DNA of 59,884 bases from Candidatus Micrarchaeota archaeon (GTDB taxonomy: Archaea; Micrarchaeota; Micrarchaeia; Norongarragalinales; Norongarragalinaceae): the NCBI GenBank assembly GCA_016212375.1, contig JACRGH010000010.1:1-59884 (forward strand), given 5' to 3'. Position 1 is the first letter of the stretch. Each line of letters starts with the position of its first letter. The notes below the pieces were generated by a model that made no database searches, was not told the DNA's origin, and saw only the letters and a program-made list of their open reading frames with translations. Positions 7,874-17,361 of the stretch are shown piece after piece. Position numbers and translations under genes: made by a program.

Positions 7874-9010
7874 TTAGCGGCCGCCTCCTGAGGACACATT
7901 GACCACAGTCACATTGGGCAAAGCCGCTAGGTTTCGAAACACATACGTGCCATCCGCCTCGCGAGTGCCCACTTGGGGCCAGACCTGGACAAACGACGGA
8001 TACACGCTTGCCTCGGAAGAGACCAAGACGGTGGGCAATTGCGTGACATTGTACTTGACAACCAGTGATTTACCCTGCGTACCGTTGATGCCGTTGATGT
8101 CAAATCGGCTGACATTGGTGATTTTGATTCCAAAATTTGCCAAAAGTTTCTCGTGAATGGATACATCATAACACGCCGTACAGGTCCGGGCCTCCAGTTC
8201 AACCAAACTGACCCGCCCATCGATTCGGCCACTGGTCATGTTCCGGAAAGGCGGAATGATTTGGCGAAAAATGAATGAGCCGTCCGACTCAACGGTTCCG
8301 ATTTGCCTCCAGGCATCAGCAATGGCCGAATAGGCGCTTGCGTCCTTGGATAGGATGATGAAAGGCAGGGCAGCGGGCGCGTATTTTTGGACTAGGGCGA
8401 CGCCCTCCACCGAGGTGGAATTGACGGTTCGTTCGGACTCAAGATATACGCCGGCTTTTTTGAGTTGGCCGCCCAACGACGAAAGGTCCGCACAATCTGA
8501 GCAGGACGGGTCAACCACTTGCAAAAAGGTGACCTTTCCGGTCATTTCGTACGTCACCGGATTGAAGTAAACCGGAGTTTGGCCCACGAAAATACGGGCG
8601 TCTGCTTGCGTTTTCCAGCCTTGCGAAAAAGCGGAGGCGAGGCGGGAATCATTGGTCTGACCCGTAACAATCAGCGTCGGTGCCTTGGTAACTCCGTATT
8701 TTTTGACCAATTCCTGGCCTTGCGGGGTCTGGGCCGATATGGTTTCGGTCGTGGCTTGGGATTGGCCGGCTAAAGTTGCGCTCAGCGCATTGGGACTCCA
8801 GCACTCCGAACATAACGTGCTCACCAATTGGGTAAGGCGCAATACGGGCAAAGGAGCCGGAGTGGGAATGGCCGTTTTTTGGGCGTACGAGGCGGCCAAA
8901 CCATTGACTTGCCATAAAGAATAAAGAGCGACTAACAACACCAAGACGGTCAAACCAAGAGGCAGTTGTTCCAAAAGTGCGCTTTTTTGATGCGTGCGAC
9001 CGTGTTCCAT
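7874..9010 (-). CDS. membrane-anchored protein with three CxxC thioredoxin-like repeats
   Basis: Trimmed to the ATG at 9010, which has GGAGGG 9 nt upstream. One N-terminal TM helix, then SLWQVNGLAAS. Three CxxC motifs (CSEC, CSDC, CTAC), each in a similar repeat context. Many N-x-S/T sequons. Ends SSGGGR. Confidence 0.8.
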   Translation of the reverse strand: MEHGRTHQKSALLEQLPLGLTVLVLLVALYSLWQVNGLAASYAQKTAIPTPAPLPVLRLTQLVSTLCSECWSPNALSATLAGQSQATTETISAQTPQGQELVKKYGVTKAPTLIVTGQTNDSRLASAFSQGWKTQADARIFVGQTPVYFNPVTYEMTGKVTFLQVVDPSCSDCADLSSLGGQLKKAGVYLESERTVNSTSVEGVALVQKYAPAALPFIILSKDASAYSAIADAWRQIGTVESDGSFIFRQIIPPFRNMTSGRIDGRVSLVELEARTCTACYDVSIHEKLLANFGIKITNVSRFDINGINGTQGKSLVVKYNVTQLPTVLVSSEASVYPSFVQVWPQVGTREADGTYVFRNLAALPNVTVVNVSSGGGR

Positions 9011-9052
9011 GCAATATTTCCCTCCAACCCACCATTTAGAATTACTATGAAA

Positions 9053-9111
9053 GTAACGCTTTTCAATTCTGAAACACTCGAGTATAAAAAGTTTTTCCCG
9101 GATTGTAACGC
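9053..9111. promoter_or_regulatory. two GTAACGC heptamers flanking an AT-rich TATA-like element in the 9010/9160 divergent intergenic region
   Basis: AGTAACGC at 9052-9059 and TGTAACGC at 9104-9111 lie on either side of agtataaaaag (9081-9091). Each is about 15-30 nt on the transcribed side of the TATA-like element. Confidence 0.25.
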
Positions 9112-9159
9112 ATTTCACTAAAGAAACGGTTAAATAGCCGAAACCCCAAAATAATCACC

Positions 9160-9510
9160 ATGGTCAAACAATCCGACGTGGTCAATGAAACGCTCAGCCC
9201 ATTGGAATCCGCCATCCTCGAAGCGCTGTGGCAAAGCGGGGAATCCAAGGTCCGCGACATTTTCCAGAAAATCAAGACCAAAAACCCGTGCGCCCAAAGC
9301 AGCGTGGCCGTAACGCTGGACCGGCTTTACGAGCGAAAATTGGTCCGCCGCACCATCACCACCGGCCGCGGGGGACTGGCCTATATCTACTCGACATGCC
9401 TTTCCAAGGATGAATTCCGCAAAAGTTTGGCACAACAGGCGGTCGACCGCATTGTCGAGCGTTTCGGTGAATCCGCGGTCAGCTATTTCAACGAAAAATA
9501 CCGGAAATAA
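9160..9510 (+). CDS. BlaI/MecI/CopY-family winged-helix transcriptional repressor
   Basis: 116 aa. LSPLESAILEALWQSGESKVRDIFQKI...SSVAVTLDRLYERKLVRR matches the penicillinase-repressor family layout. It has no C-terminal Cys motif of the CopY type. Confidence 0.85.
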   Translation: MVKQSDVVNETLSPLESAILEALWQSGESKVRDIFQKIKTKNPCAQSSVAVTLDRLYERKLVRRTITTGRGGLAYIYSTCLSKDEFRKSLAQQAVDRIVERFGESAVSYFNEKYRK

Positions 9511-9691
9511 ACGGTTCAGCGGAAACCTTAACCAAAAAAGCCAAAAATCCAATCAAAAGACTGAAAAAGCGAATCATTGTCAAAAAAAAGCCGCAATCCA
9601 TGCGCCACTGCCCAGAACCGGATGGCAATGCCGAGCTGACCAAGTATATCGGAAACGGATATAAACGTCCGTCGTGACAAGGATACTGCAC

Positions 9692-10429
9692 ATGTGGGGA
9701 ATGTTGGCTCATCTGGGTTCGGCCTTGGACTTATTCCTGGCCGACAGCACCAAAACGACGCTGGTCGTAGCGGCAATCGTTTCAGCCGTAACGCTGATTT
9801 GGCTTTCCCGCAACCTTGATTTTTCAGCCAAAATCCGATCCGCGTTCATGTACGCCCACGTGGCGCTATTACTGTTTCCTCCGGTTTTTTTCGCAACCAC
9901 CCTATCCTGCAAGCAAGTGGGACTGTGCGAAGTGGGTCTGACCCAGACGCTTCTGTTCGTCATCCCCATCACGTTGATATTGGGCCTGGCATTCGGTCTT
10001 TTAATCGTACCTTTATTGCACCGATTACGCTCACAACCGGAAAGCGGTAAATGGCAACGATTCGTCAACGGACAGTCCGACCGCCTCGGCCTGCACAAAG
10101 CGCCGGACGTATTCATCGTGGACTCAGGCCGGCCGGAAGCGTTCTCCACCGGCGGACTTAAACCGGCCATGTTCATCAGCATCGGCATGCTGGAAGTGCT
10201 CACCCGCCGGCAGATTGAAGCAGTGCTACTGCACGAATTAGGGCACATCCAAGAAGGCTCGCACGCGCTTAAACCGATTACGTGGCTTTTGCGTGCGCTT
10301 TATCCGGAACCGGTGTTGGCGCCGGCAGCCATCGTGGCGGAAGAGGAGCGCAAAGCCGACGCCTTTGCCGCATCGGTCCAAAAAACGGACGTCCATCTGA
10401 ACCGGGCCAAACGCAAGATGGCGGAATGA
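9692..10429 (+). CDS. BlaR1-like M56/M48 zinc metalloprotease signal transducer (no obvious sensor domain)
   Basis: Multi-TM N-terminus and an HExxH motif in LLHELGHIQEG. Lies downstream of the BlaI-like gene. The ATG at 9692 is preceded by AAGGA; the ORF-track start is a GTG at 9674. Confidence 0.8.
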   Translation: MWGMLAHLGSALDLFLADSTKTTLVVAAIVSAVTLIWLSRNLDFSAKIRSAFMYAHVALLLFPPVFFATTLSCKQVGLCEVGLTQTLLFVIPITLILGLAFGLLIVPLLHRLRSQPESGKWQRFVNGQSDRLGLHKAPDVFIVDSGRPEAFSTGGLKPAMFISIGMLEVLTRRQIEAVLLHELGHIQEGSHALKPITWLLRALYPEPVLAPAAIVAEEERKADAFAASVQKTDVHLNRAKRKMAE

Positions 10430-10681
10430 GACCACGGGCAGAACGAAAACCAAAACCGGCCCTTCAAACGCATCCAATACTTTTTTTCCAACAAATCGAA
10501 CCAGAAACCGAGCGAAAAGAATGGCCATGGCGTTCAGATTCCATGATTGGCCAACAAGCCCAAATTGGCGGATGCTATTTTTGACGCCCTGAAAAAAGAA
10601 AAACCCCGGACGCCAGTCCGTCTTGCGCAGTCCCGTGTTGTGCATTCAATAGCCGAAGGAAACGGAAACATATCCGCGAAG

Positions 10682-11632
10682 CTACGCGGCCGTTTTAGAG
10701 GCGGCCAAAACGGATGCCGGAGGCGGACACACCCCACCCTGTCCGGCAAACGGTTTCGGCGCGGTGCCGGCAAGGCCCGCTTCGAATTGGCTTACGCTTT
10801 GGGGCCCGACCAGGGCCGATCCGTTGATGAAAAATGTCGGCGTGCCGTAGATTCCCGCGGCTTTTCCGGCTTCCACGTCTTTTTGGACGCGAGACAGGGT
10901 GGCGTTGGAATCCAAGCACTGTGCAAACGCCGTTTGGTTCAGGCCCAAAGTAGCGGCATTCTGGAGCAGGTCCTCGCGCGAGTCCTGGCCAAACCGGGTG
11001 AACAACAGGTCATAATATGGCCAGAATTTTCCTTGCGCTTGTGCACAAAACGCGGCCTGCGCCGCCAAAGTGCTGTTGGCATGGGTCGGAATGGGAAACG
11101 CGCGAAACTCAAGCGTCACTTCCGGATGCTTTTGCAAAAAAGCCGATAATTCCGGCTGGGTCTTGTTCGTGAAGGGGCAGGTGAAACACCCGGCTTCCAC
11201 CATCACAAACGAGCCATTGCCCAACGTGGGACCAACACCGGGCGCCAAGAATTTCAAGCCGGCGGGCCCTTTTGCCCCCAGTACCGCGTCAAATACGCAG
11301 TATTCCGAGGAATTGGGGCCGTTGCAGTTGCCGTACGCCCAGTAATTGTACACGGAAATGCCGGAGGAAATCATGCTACCGAAAAACAGGACGACCAGCA
11401 ATAACGAAAACAATTGGAAGTTTTTGTGGATGACGCGGGCGCCGGCCGGAAAGATGGGCAGCAATTTGGCCACAATTTGAGCATGCAACCGCTCATCCAA
11501 TTTGGACTCACAGGGTCGTAAAGTAACGGTTCGGAAGACGCAACCAAGCGCCTCTTTGGCTAAAATCCGGTATTTGGCGGAAAAGATGCCCAAAATGCCG
11601 AAGACGAACAATGCGACGAAACAAAGAACCAT
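10682..11632 (-). CDS. membrane-anchored DsbA-family thiol:disulfide oxidoreductase
   Basis: 316 aa with two N-terminal TM helices carrying extra Cys pairs. Thioredoxin fold with a CFTC active site and the DsbA-like IYGTPTFFING motif. Confidence 0.85.
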   Translation of the reverse strand: MVLCFVALFVFGILGIFSAKYRILAKEALGCVFRTVTLRPCESKLDERLHAQIVAKLLPIFPAGARVIHKNFQLFSLLLVVLFFGSMISSGISVYNYWAYGNCNGPNSSEYCVFDAVLGAKGPAGLKFLAPGVGPTLGNGSFVMVEAGCFTCPFTNKTQPELSAFLQKHPEVTLEFRAFPIPTHANSTLAAQAAFCAQAQGKFWPYYDLLFTRFGQDSREDLLQNAATLGLNQTAFAQCLDSNATLSRVQKDVEAGKAAGIYGTPTFFINGSALVGPQSVSQFEAGLAGTAPKPFAGQGGVCPPPASVLAASKTAA

Positions 11633-11718
11633 ACAATCTCAATCCCCAATCAAGAAAAAATCCATTACCGAAAGCTCAAAAAAAATAAACGGCCGAAAAG
11701 CCAGCGTGGCCCCGTCGT

Positions 11719-12894
11719 TCAGCCCAACTGTGCCACCGTCTTGAGCGCCTTCCCAAAGGCGGCCACTTGTTTTTCATCGTTGTAAAGATGCAAAGATGCC
11801 CGAACGGTGCCATCCACGCCCAATTTGCGCGTCAAGGGAATGGCGCAGTGGTGTCCGGAGCGCACGGCAAAACCCAGTTCGTCCAACATCACCGCGGCTT
11901 GGTGGTGAGAGACGTTCTCGACGGCAAAGGAAAACAAGGCACATGATTTGTCTTTAACGCTTTTTGGGCCAAACACCTCAACTCCGTTTGCCTGGCTCAA
12001 AACGGAATGCATTTTTTCCACCAATGCGCGGTCGTGCGCCTCAATCGCCGGATAGCCGACCTTGGAAATGACATCCAACGCCGCGCCCAAGCCGATCCAC
12101 TCGGCGATTGCAGGGGTTCCTGCTTCAAAGCGCTCTCGGTGTTCCAGCAAGGCATAAGCATCAAGAGTCACGTCGCGGACGGTACCGCCGCCCACGAACC
12201 ACGGCTCCAATCCCGAATCATGACGGTGGAACAGGGCACCAATGCCAGTGGGACCGAAGACTTTGTGCCCGGAAAAAGCCAAAAAATCGACGGGCCATTT
12301 TTTAAGGTCAATGGGGCGATGGCCCACGTATTGCGCTGCATCCACACACACCAATGCGCCGGAATCCTTGGCCGCTTTGGCCAATTCCACGACTGGAACG
12401 GTTGCGCCTAAAACGTTGCTGCAAGCGGTGAACGAAACCAGCTTGGTTTTTTTCGAGAGCAAGCCGGATAGCGCATCCGCAGACAAAGTGCCATCCCCAT
12501 CCGAGACCAAAATCTTGATTTTGACGCCTTTTTCCTTCAGCCGAAGCCAAGGCAGAAAGTTGGAATGGTGTTCGACATCCGAGACGATGACTTCGTCGCC
12601 GGCATTCCAATCCAAGCCCAAGGCAACCGCATTGAAAGCTTCAGTGGCATTGCGTACGGCGGCAAATTCCTGATCCGAGGCATTGAAGAATTTGGCAAGT
12701 TTGCCATAAACCGCTTCATACTGTTCGGAGGCTTGGTGCGTGTACCGGTGGGCGCCGCGGTGGATGTTAGCGCGATTTTTGCCATAGTAAGCGGCCATGG
12801 CCTCAAGAACAGGTTTGGCCGTGAGGCTGGACGCGGCGGAATCAAAGTAAGCTGGACCGGAGGGGACGCTGAACAGGTTGGAATAATCGAACAT
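11719..12894 (-). CDS. sufS: cysteine desulfurase, SufS/CsdA type (class V aminotransferase)
   Basis: 391 aa. PLP-lysine motif FSGHKVFGPTGIG and catalytic Cys loop RSGHHCA. Confidence 0.9.
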   Translation of the reverse strand: MFDYSNLFSVPSGPAYFDSAASSLTAKPVLEAMAAYYGKNRANIHRGAHRYTHQASEQYEAVYGKLAKFFNASDQEFAAVRNATEAFNAVALGLDWNAGDEVIVSDVEHHSNFLPWLRLKEKGVKIKILVSDGDGTLSADALSGLLSKKTKLVSFTACSNVLGATVPVVELAKAAKDSGALVCVDAAQYVGHRPIDLKKWPVDFLAFSGHKVFGPTGIGALFHRHDSGLEPWFVGGGTVRDVTLDAYALLEHRERFEAGTPAIAEWIGLGAALDVISKVGYPAIEAHDRALVEKMHSVLSQANGVEVFGPKSVKDKSCALFSFAVENVSHHQAAVMLDELGFAVRSGHHCAIPLTRKLGVDGTVRASLHLYNDEKQVAAFGKALKTVAQLG

Positions 12895-13039
12895 GGTTGC
12901 AAAACCTTAGGCCCCCACCACAATATATCCATAACGGCGTTACCCGGTTTCAGGGCCGGATAACGAAAAGAAAAGACAACGCCGCAACGAGCAAGTCTAC
13001 GAATACTGTTTTTAACTCAGCAACCGTGACCCTTTGAAC

Positions 13040-14047
13040 ATGACCCGAATCGCCTTTTTCGAACTGGAACCATGGGAAAAAGCATTTTTCCAAAAACGTC
13101 TTAAGGGATTCAACCTGGATTTCGTCGATGGGCACTTGGGCGCCAAAACGGCAACAAAAGCCAAAAACGCCGATGCAATATCCGTGTTCATCTATTCCAA
13201 AATCGATACCGACGTCTTATCCAAACTGCCCAAGCTTAAGTTAATCGCGACGCAGTCCACGGGTTTTGACCATGTCGACGTCAAAGCCGCGAAAGGAAAA
13301 GGCATCACGGTTTGCAATGTGCCGGAATACGGCTCAAATACCGTCGCCGAGCACACCTTCGCCCTGCTTCTTTCCTTGAGCCGGAAAATCCCGGAATCCA
13401 CGGAGCGCACGCGAAAAGGCGATTTTCGATTGGATGGTTTGCGCGGGTTTGACTTGTGCGGTAAAACAATCGGCATCATCGGTTTTGGCAAGATTGGAAA
13501 ACATGTCGGCCGCATCGCGCAAGGTTTCGAGATGAACATCGTCGCGTTCGACCCGTTCCTGACGCAAAAAGCGGCAAAAGAGGCCGGCGTCAAATCCATT
13601 TCCTTGCCGGCCTTGCTCAAACAAAGCGACGTCATCTCGCTTCACGCGCCCCTGACGGATAAAACGCGCCACACCATCAACTTAAAAAACCTCAACCAAA
13701 TCAAACCCGGCGCGGTCATCCTGAACACCTCGCGCGGCGGTTTGATTGAAACCGAAGCGCTCCTCCGGGGCCTCAAAGACAAGCGCATCGCCGCGGCAGG
13801 CTTGGACGTTTTGGAAGAGGAGTGTTTCATCCGGGAAGAACGCGAATTGCTGCATGAGGCGTTCCAAAAGACGTGCGACCTAAAAACAGCCCTGGAAGAG
13901 CACGCCCTGATCGCCCAAGAAAACGTCATCGTCACGCCGCACAACGCATTCAACTCGCAGGAAGCCCTTGAGCGCATTTTAGAGACGACAGCGGAGAACG
14001 TGGAGTCGTTTTACAAGGGAAAGGCGAAGAACATCGTCGGCCCCTAG
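13040..14047 (+). CDS. D-isomer-specific 2-hydroxyacid dehydrogenase (D-lactate/glycerate dehydrogenase-like)
   Basis: NAD-binding GIIGFGKIGKHVG. Catalytic-domain motifs SLHAPLT, NTSRGG and TPHNAF. The ORF-track start at 13034 is a TTG; an ATG lies at 13040. Confidence 0.9.
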   Translation: MTRIAFFELEPWEKAFFQKRLKGFNLDFVDGHLGAKTATKAKNADAISVFIYSKIDTDVLSKLPKLKLIATQSTGFDHVDVKAAKGKGITVCNVPEYGSNTVAEHTFALLLSLSRKIPESTERTRKGDFRLDGLRGFDLCGKTIGIIGFGKIGKHVGRIAQGFEMNIVAFDPFLTQKAAKEAGVKSISLPALLKQSDVISLHAPLTDKTRHTINLKNLNQIKPGAVILNTSRGGLIETEALLRGLKDKRIAAAGLDVLEEECFIREERELLHEAFQKTCDLKTALEEHALIAQENVIVTPHNAFNSQEALERILETTAENVESFYKGKAKNIVGP

Positions 14048-14053
14048 TGCGTT

Positions 14054-14812
14054 TTGAAAAGGGAATGGTTAATATCGGGCCATTCGCCAAAGGGACGAGT
14101 TATGGAACCTTTCAAATTCGTTTCAGCCATCGAAGCAGGTCTAAATGCCGAGCACGAAGGAATGACCTTCAGAAAAATAGCCGAGAAAGGCAGGGGACTT
14201 ATTGCAGATGCCCGCTACACGGGCGACACATGGCATTCGACCCTTCCCCAACGACTTTACTCCGATTACGAATCAAGAACCCGGCAAGATTATGGACTGC
14301 TTGCCTATTTTCCAAAGGCAATGCATGCCAACGCCTTTTCAAAAAGCGCAAAAAAATTGCCCCAAGGAGCATACCCCAAATACTTTCCTGGCGCAGTCGG
14401 AATTGTCCATTACTTGACTTTCCAAGAGACGGGTTTGCCTGAATGGGAGAAAAAAAGGCCGTTGAAGCACCATTGGACGATCACGGCAATCCAGGGATGC
14501 TTCAGTAGGGACGGACTCCGCGAAATCCAACGAAACTTGCATCGAGAATACCCCAATTGGAAGGAACATTTGCTGCGGGGAGTATTCGAAAAAGCACGAA
14601 GCGAAAACGTGCCGGCCGTGGTTCTGAATTTCACGCCGGAACGTGATGAGGATGGGCAGAAAATCAAAGACGAAAAAGGCCGCACTATATTCAAAGGAAA
14701 AGGAAATGCGGAAGCGTTCACCAAGATTGCCGACGAGATGGGCTATGACGTAAGCAGCCAGTGGCCCCATGGTAAAGACAGCGGCTTGGTTGCGAAGCGA
14801 CGGGAATTATAG
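14054..14812 (+). CDS. hypothetical protein
   Basis: 252-aa ORF with no motif I recognise. Its 3' end overlaps panC convergently by 6 nt. An alternative ATG start lies at 14102. Confidence 0.55.
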   Translation: MKREWLISGHSPKGRVMEPFKFVSAIEAGLNAEHEGMTFRKIAEKGRGLIADARYTGDTWHSTLPQRLYSDYESRTRQDYGLLAYFPKAMHANAFSKSAKKLPQGAYPKYFPGAVGIVHYLTFQETGLPEWEKKRPLKHHWTITAIQGCFSRDGLREIQRNLHREYPNWKEHLLRGVFEKARSENVPAVVLNFTPERDEDGQKIKDEKGRTIFKGKGNAEAFTKIADEMGYDVSSQWPHGKDSGLVAKRREL

Positions 14813-15670
14813 CGAAAATAAACTGTTGTCAATCAACCGCGTCTTACCCAGATACGCCGCCACCGCGACAACAACCCGTTTGCCTTTCGACGCCTTAAAA
14901 GATCGCAACGGTTTGAGCGTCTTTGCGTCACAAACCGAAAAGTACTGCACGTTGAATCCCGTCAGCGCCAGCACCCCAAAGGCCGTAGCCTCGACTTTGC
15001 CCACGGGCTCACCGGCCAACAAGTCTTTCTTCACCAACAAGAGTGTTTGATGGAGCACGGGCGCAATCGCGCGCTCCACGGGGGACAAATAGACGTTGCG
15101 CGAAGACTTAGCCAAACCGTCGGCTTCCCGCACGGTCGGGCAAACCACGATTTTGACCGGCATCTTGCGTCGGGCGACCATTTCTTCGACCACACGCGTC
15201 TGCTGGAAGTCTTTTTGGCCGAAGTACGCCGTTGTGGGGCGGACCGCGTCAAACAGCTTGACAACGACCGTACAAACGCCGTCAAAGTGGCCCTTGCGGA
15301 ATTGGCCTTCCAAAGGCTTTGACTCGGGCCCGGCGTTGATGGTGGACTTGACGCCGTCGGGATACATGGCCGTGGCGGAAGGGACGAAGACGGCGTCGAC
15401 TTTTTCTTTCTTGAGCAAGGCCAAGTCTTTTTTGAGGTTGCGCGGATACGCGTTGAAATCTTCCGTCGGGCCGAATTGCGTCGGGTTGACAAAGATGCTT
15501 ACCACCACGGCATCATTTTCCTTTTTGGCGCGTGTCACCAACGCCAAGTGGCCGGAATGGAGAAAGCCCATGGTGGGGACGAAGCCGATGCGCTTGGATT
15601 TTTCGGCTTTGGCGTGCAGCTGCCGGGTGGACCAGGCACGCATTTTCTGAGGGGAGCGGATAATTTTCAA
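14807..15670 (-). CDS. panC: pantoate--beta-alanine ligase
   Basis: 287 aa. The GFVPTMGFLHSGHLALV motif (HxGH nucleotidyltransferase) is typical of PanC. Confidence 0.9.
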   Translation of the reverse strand: MKIIRSPQKMRAWSTRQLHAKAEKSKRIGFVPTMGFLHSGHLALVTRAKKENDAVVVSIFVNPTQFGPTEDFNAYPRNLKKDLALLKKEKVDAVFVPSATAMYPDGVKSTINAGPESKPLEGQFRKGHFDGVCTVVVKLFDAVRPTTAYFGQKDFQQTRVVEEMVARRKMPVKIVVCPTVREADGLAKSSRNVYLSPVERAIAPVLHQTLLLVKKDLLAGEPVGKVEATAFGVLALTGFNVQYFSVCDAKTLKPLRSFKASKGKRVVVAVAAYLGKTRLIDNSLFSL

Positions 15671-15685
15671 AGCATCACGTCAGCT

Positions 15686-16477
15686 TCATTTGAACGAATG
15701 TGACTCATCGGGAAATGTTCCGGATTTGACCTCATCCACGAATTCTTCCAACGCCTTACGCCCAAACGCCTTACCGTCGGCATATTGTTTCACGAATTTC
15801 GGCTGCAAGTCGCCATAAAGGCCCAACAGATCGTACAGCACAAGCACCTGGCCCGTGCAATGCGGACCCGCGCCGATGCCGATAGTCGGAATTCTGAGGA
15901 CTTGCGTGATTTTCTGAGCCAACGAAGCGGGAATGCACTCCAATACCACGGCAAAGCAACCCGCGTTCTGCAAGGCCATGGCCTCTTCCAAGATGCGCTG
16001 GGCGCTTTGTTCATCGCGGCCTTGGACTTTGTACTCGTCCAACAGTTGCGGCGTCAAACCCACATGGCCCATGACCGGCAAGATGTGCTTGATGGCCTTG
16101 ACCGCGGTCAATGTCGTAGGGGATGCACCTTCCAGCTTCACCCCATGTGCGCCGGCTTTTTGAAATGCGGTAACGGCCAATACGGCGGCATCCGGCGTGT
16201 CGTAGCTGTGGATGGGCAAATCCGCGATGACTTTCGTTTGTTTGGCTCCGCGGCACACCGCTTGGACGTGACGGACCAACGTGGTGAGGTTAATGGACTT
16301 GGTGTCCGCATCGCCGTATACCACCATGCCGGCCGAATCACCAACCAAGTAATAATCACAAATACCATCCAAGGCTTTGGCAAAGCTGTAGTCGTAACAG
16401 GTAACCAGGGACAAACTGCCGTGGTCGAAACGGTCGGCGCCAGCCAACACATCCGCGACTTTGTTTATTTGATTCAT
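15686..16477 (-). CDS. panB: 3-methyl-2-oxobutanoate hydroxymethyltransferase (ketopantoate hydroxymethyltransferase)
   Basis: PanB-like LVTCYDYSFAKAL...YLVGDSAGMVVYG...IADLP...GAHGVKLEG. The ATG at 16477 overlaps the ilvE stop (ATGA). Confidence 0.9.
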   Translation of the reverse strand: MNQINKVADVLAGADRFDHGSLSLVTCYDYSFAKALDGICDYYLVGDSAGMVVYGDADTKSINLTTLVRHVQAVCRGAKQTKVIADLPIHSYDTPDAAVLAVTAFQKAGAHGVKLEGASPTTLTAVKAIKHILPVMGHVGLTPQLLDEYKVQGRDEQSAQRILEEAMALQNAGCFAVVLECIPASLAQKITQVLRIPTIGIGAGPHCTGQVLVLYDLLGLYGDLQPKFVKQYADGKAFGRKALEEFVDEVKSGTFPDESHSFK

Positions 16478-17361
16478 AGGTAGGTCAACCATTTCTTGGA
16501 AAACCCATGCCGGCCACAAACCAAATCGTCATAGGCGGCTTTGAGCGTGGACGTGATGGGTCCGATGGAAAGTCTTTTTTTGCCAATCCGGACCACGGGC
16601 ATCAGTTCAATGGCCGTTCCGGCCAGAAAGACTTCATCGGCCAAAAGAAGTTGCTTCACCGTCACGTCCGCTTCCTTGACCCGGATGCCCAAATCCTTGG
16701 CCAATTCGATGATGGAATCGCGCGTGATTCCCGGCAATATTTCCGAGCGCTTGGAAGGGGTAAGGAGGGCACCGTTTTTGACAATGAAAAGGTTCTGCGC
16801 CGTTCCTTCCGCCACAAAGCCGCGCGAATCCAGCAATACCGATTCGTCAAACCCTTGGGCACGGGCCTCCTTTCGGGCAAGATAGGATAGCAGGTAGTTA
16901 GCGGAAAACTTCACGTTGGATGGCATGGACGATAGCGGCGGTTTCTTCCGTGTTGTAAGCTGGCATGAAAGCCCGTTGGAAAAAGACTTACCTGAATAAT
17001 CCAGCGGCGACGCCATAATGGCAAGCGATGCCTTAAAATCGGTTGGAAGCACGCGCAGCCCTTCCTGGGCCAAAAAAACGTTCATGCGGAAATAGCCGGA
17101 TTGGAGTTTGTTTTTTTGAGCCACCTGGACCAAGGCGGCCTCAATTTCATTGGGCTTGAAGGGAAAGTCAAACCCGGCAAACGACACGGCGGCCAACAAG
17201 CGTTTGACGTGCTCGTCAAGGCGGAAGAATGCAGATCCCTCGGACGTTCGATACAGGCGAACGGTGTCAAATACGCCGCAGGAATAGTTCACCGCATGCG
17301 AGAAAGCCGAGACTTCGGCACGAGCGACAAAACGGCCATCATACCAAACCCGAGACGTCAT
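16474..17361 (-). CDS. ilvE: branched-chain amino acid aminotransferase (class IV)
   Basis: 295 aa with the fold-type IV aminotransferase pattern (GVFDTVRLY, EGTAQNLFIVKNG, ILPGITR). Overlaps the ilvC stop by 4 nt. Confidence 0.9.
   Translation of the reverse strand: MTSRVWYDGRFVARAEVSAFSHAVNYSCGVFDTVRLYRTSEGSAFFRLDEHVKRLLAAVSFAGFDFPFKPNEIEAALVQVAQKNKLQSGYFRMNVFLAQEGLRVLPTDFKASLAIMASPLDYSGKSFSNGLSCQLTTRKKPPLSSMPSNVKFSANYLLSYLARKEARAQGFDESVLLDSRGFVAEGTAQNLFIVKNGALLTPSKRSEILPGITRDSIIELAKDLGIRVKEADVTVKQLLLADEVFLAGTAIELMPVVRIGKKRLSIGPITSTLKAAYDDLVCGRHGFSKKWLTYL

Noticed and set aside
15785-16483. 232-aa plus-strand ORF, plus similar long antisense ORFs (for example 49133..49771, 9709..10248, 10547..11149, 6023..6568, 44900..45505, 49947..50573)
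   Set aside because: Each lies antisense to, or out of frame with, a gene that has strong family motifs. None has motifs of its own.
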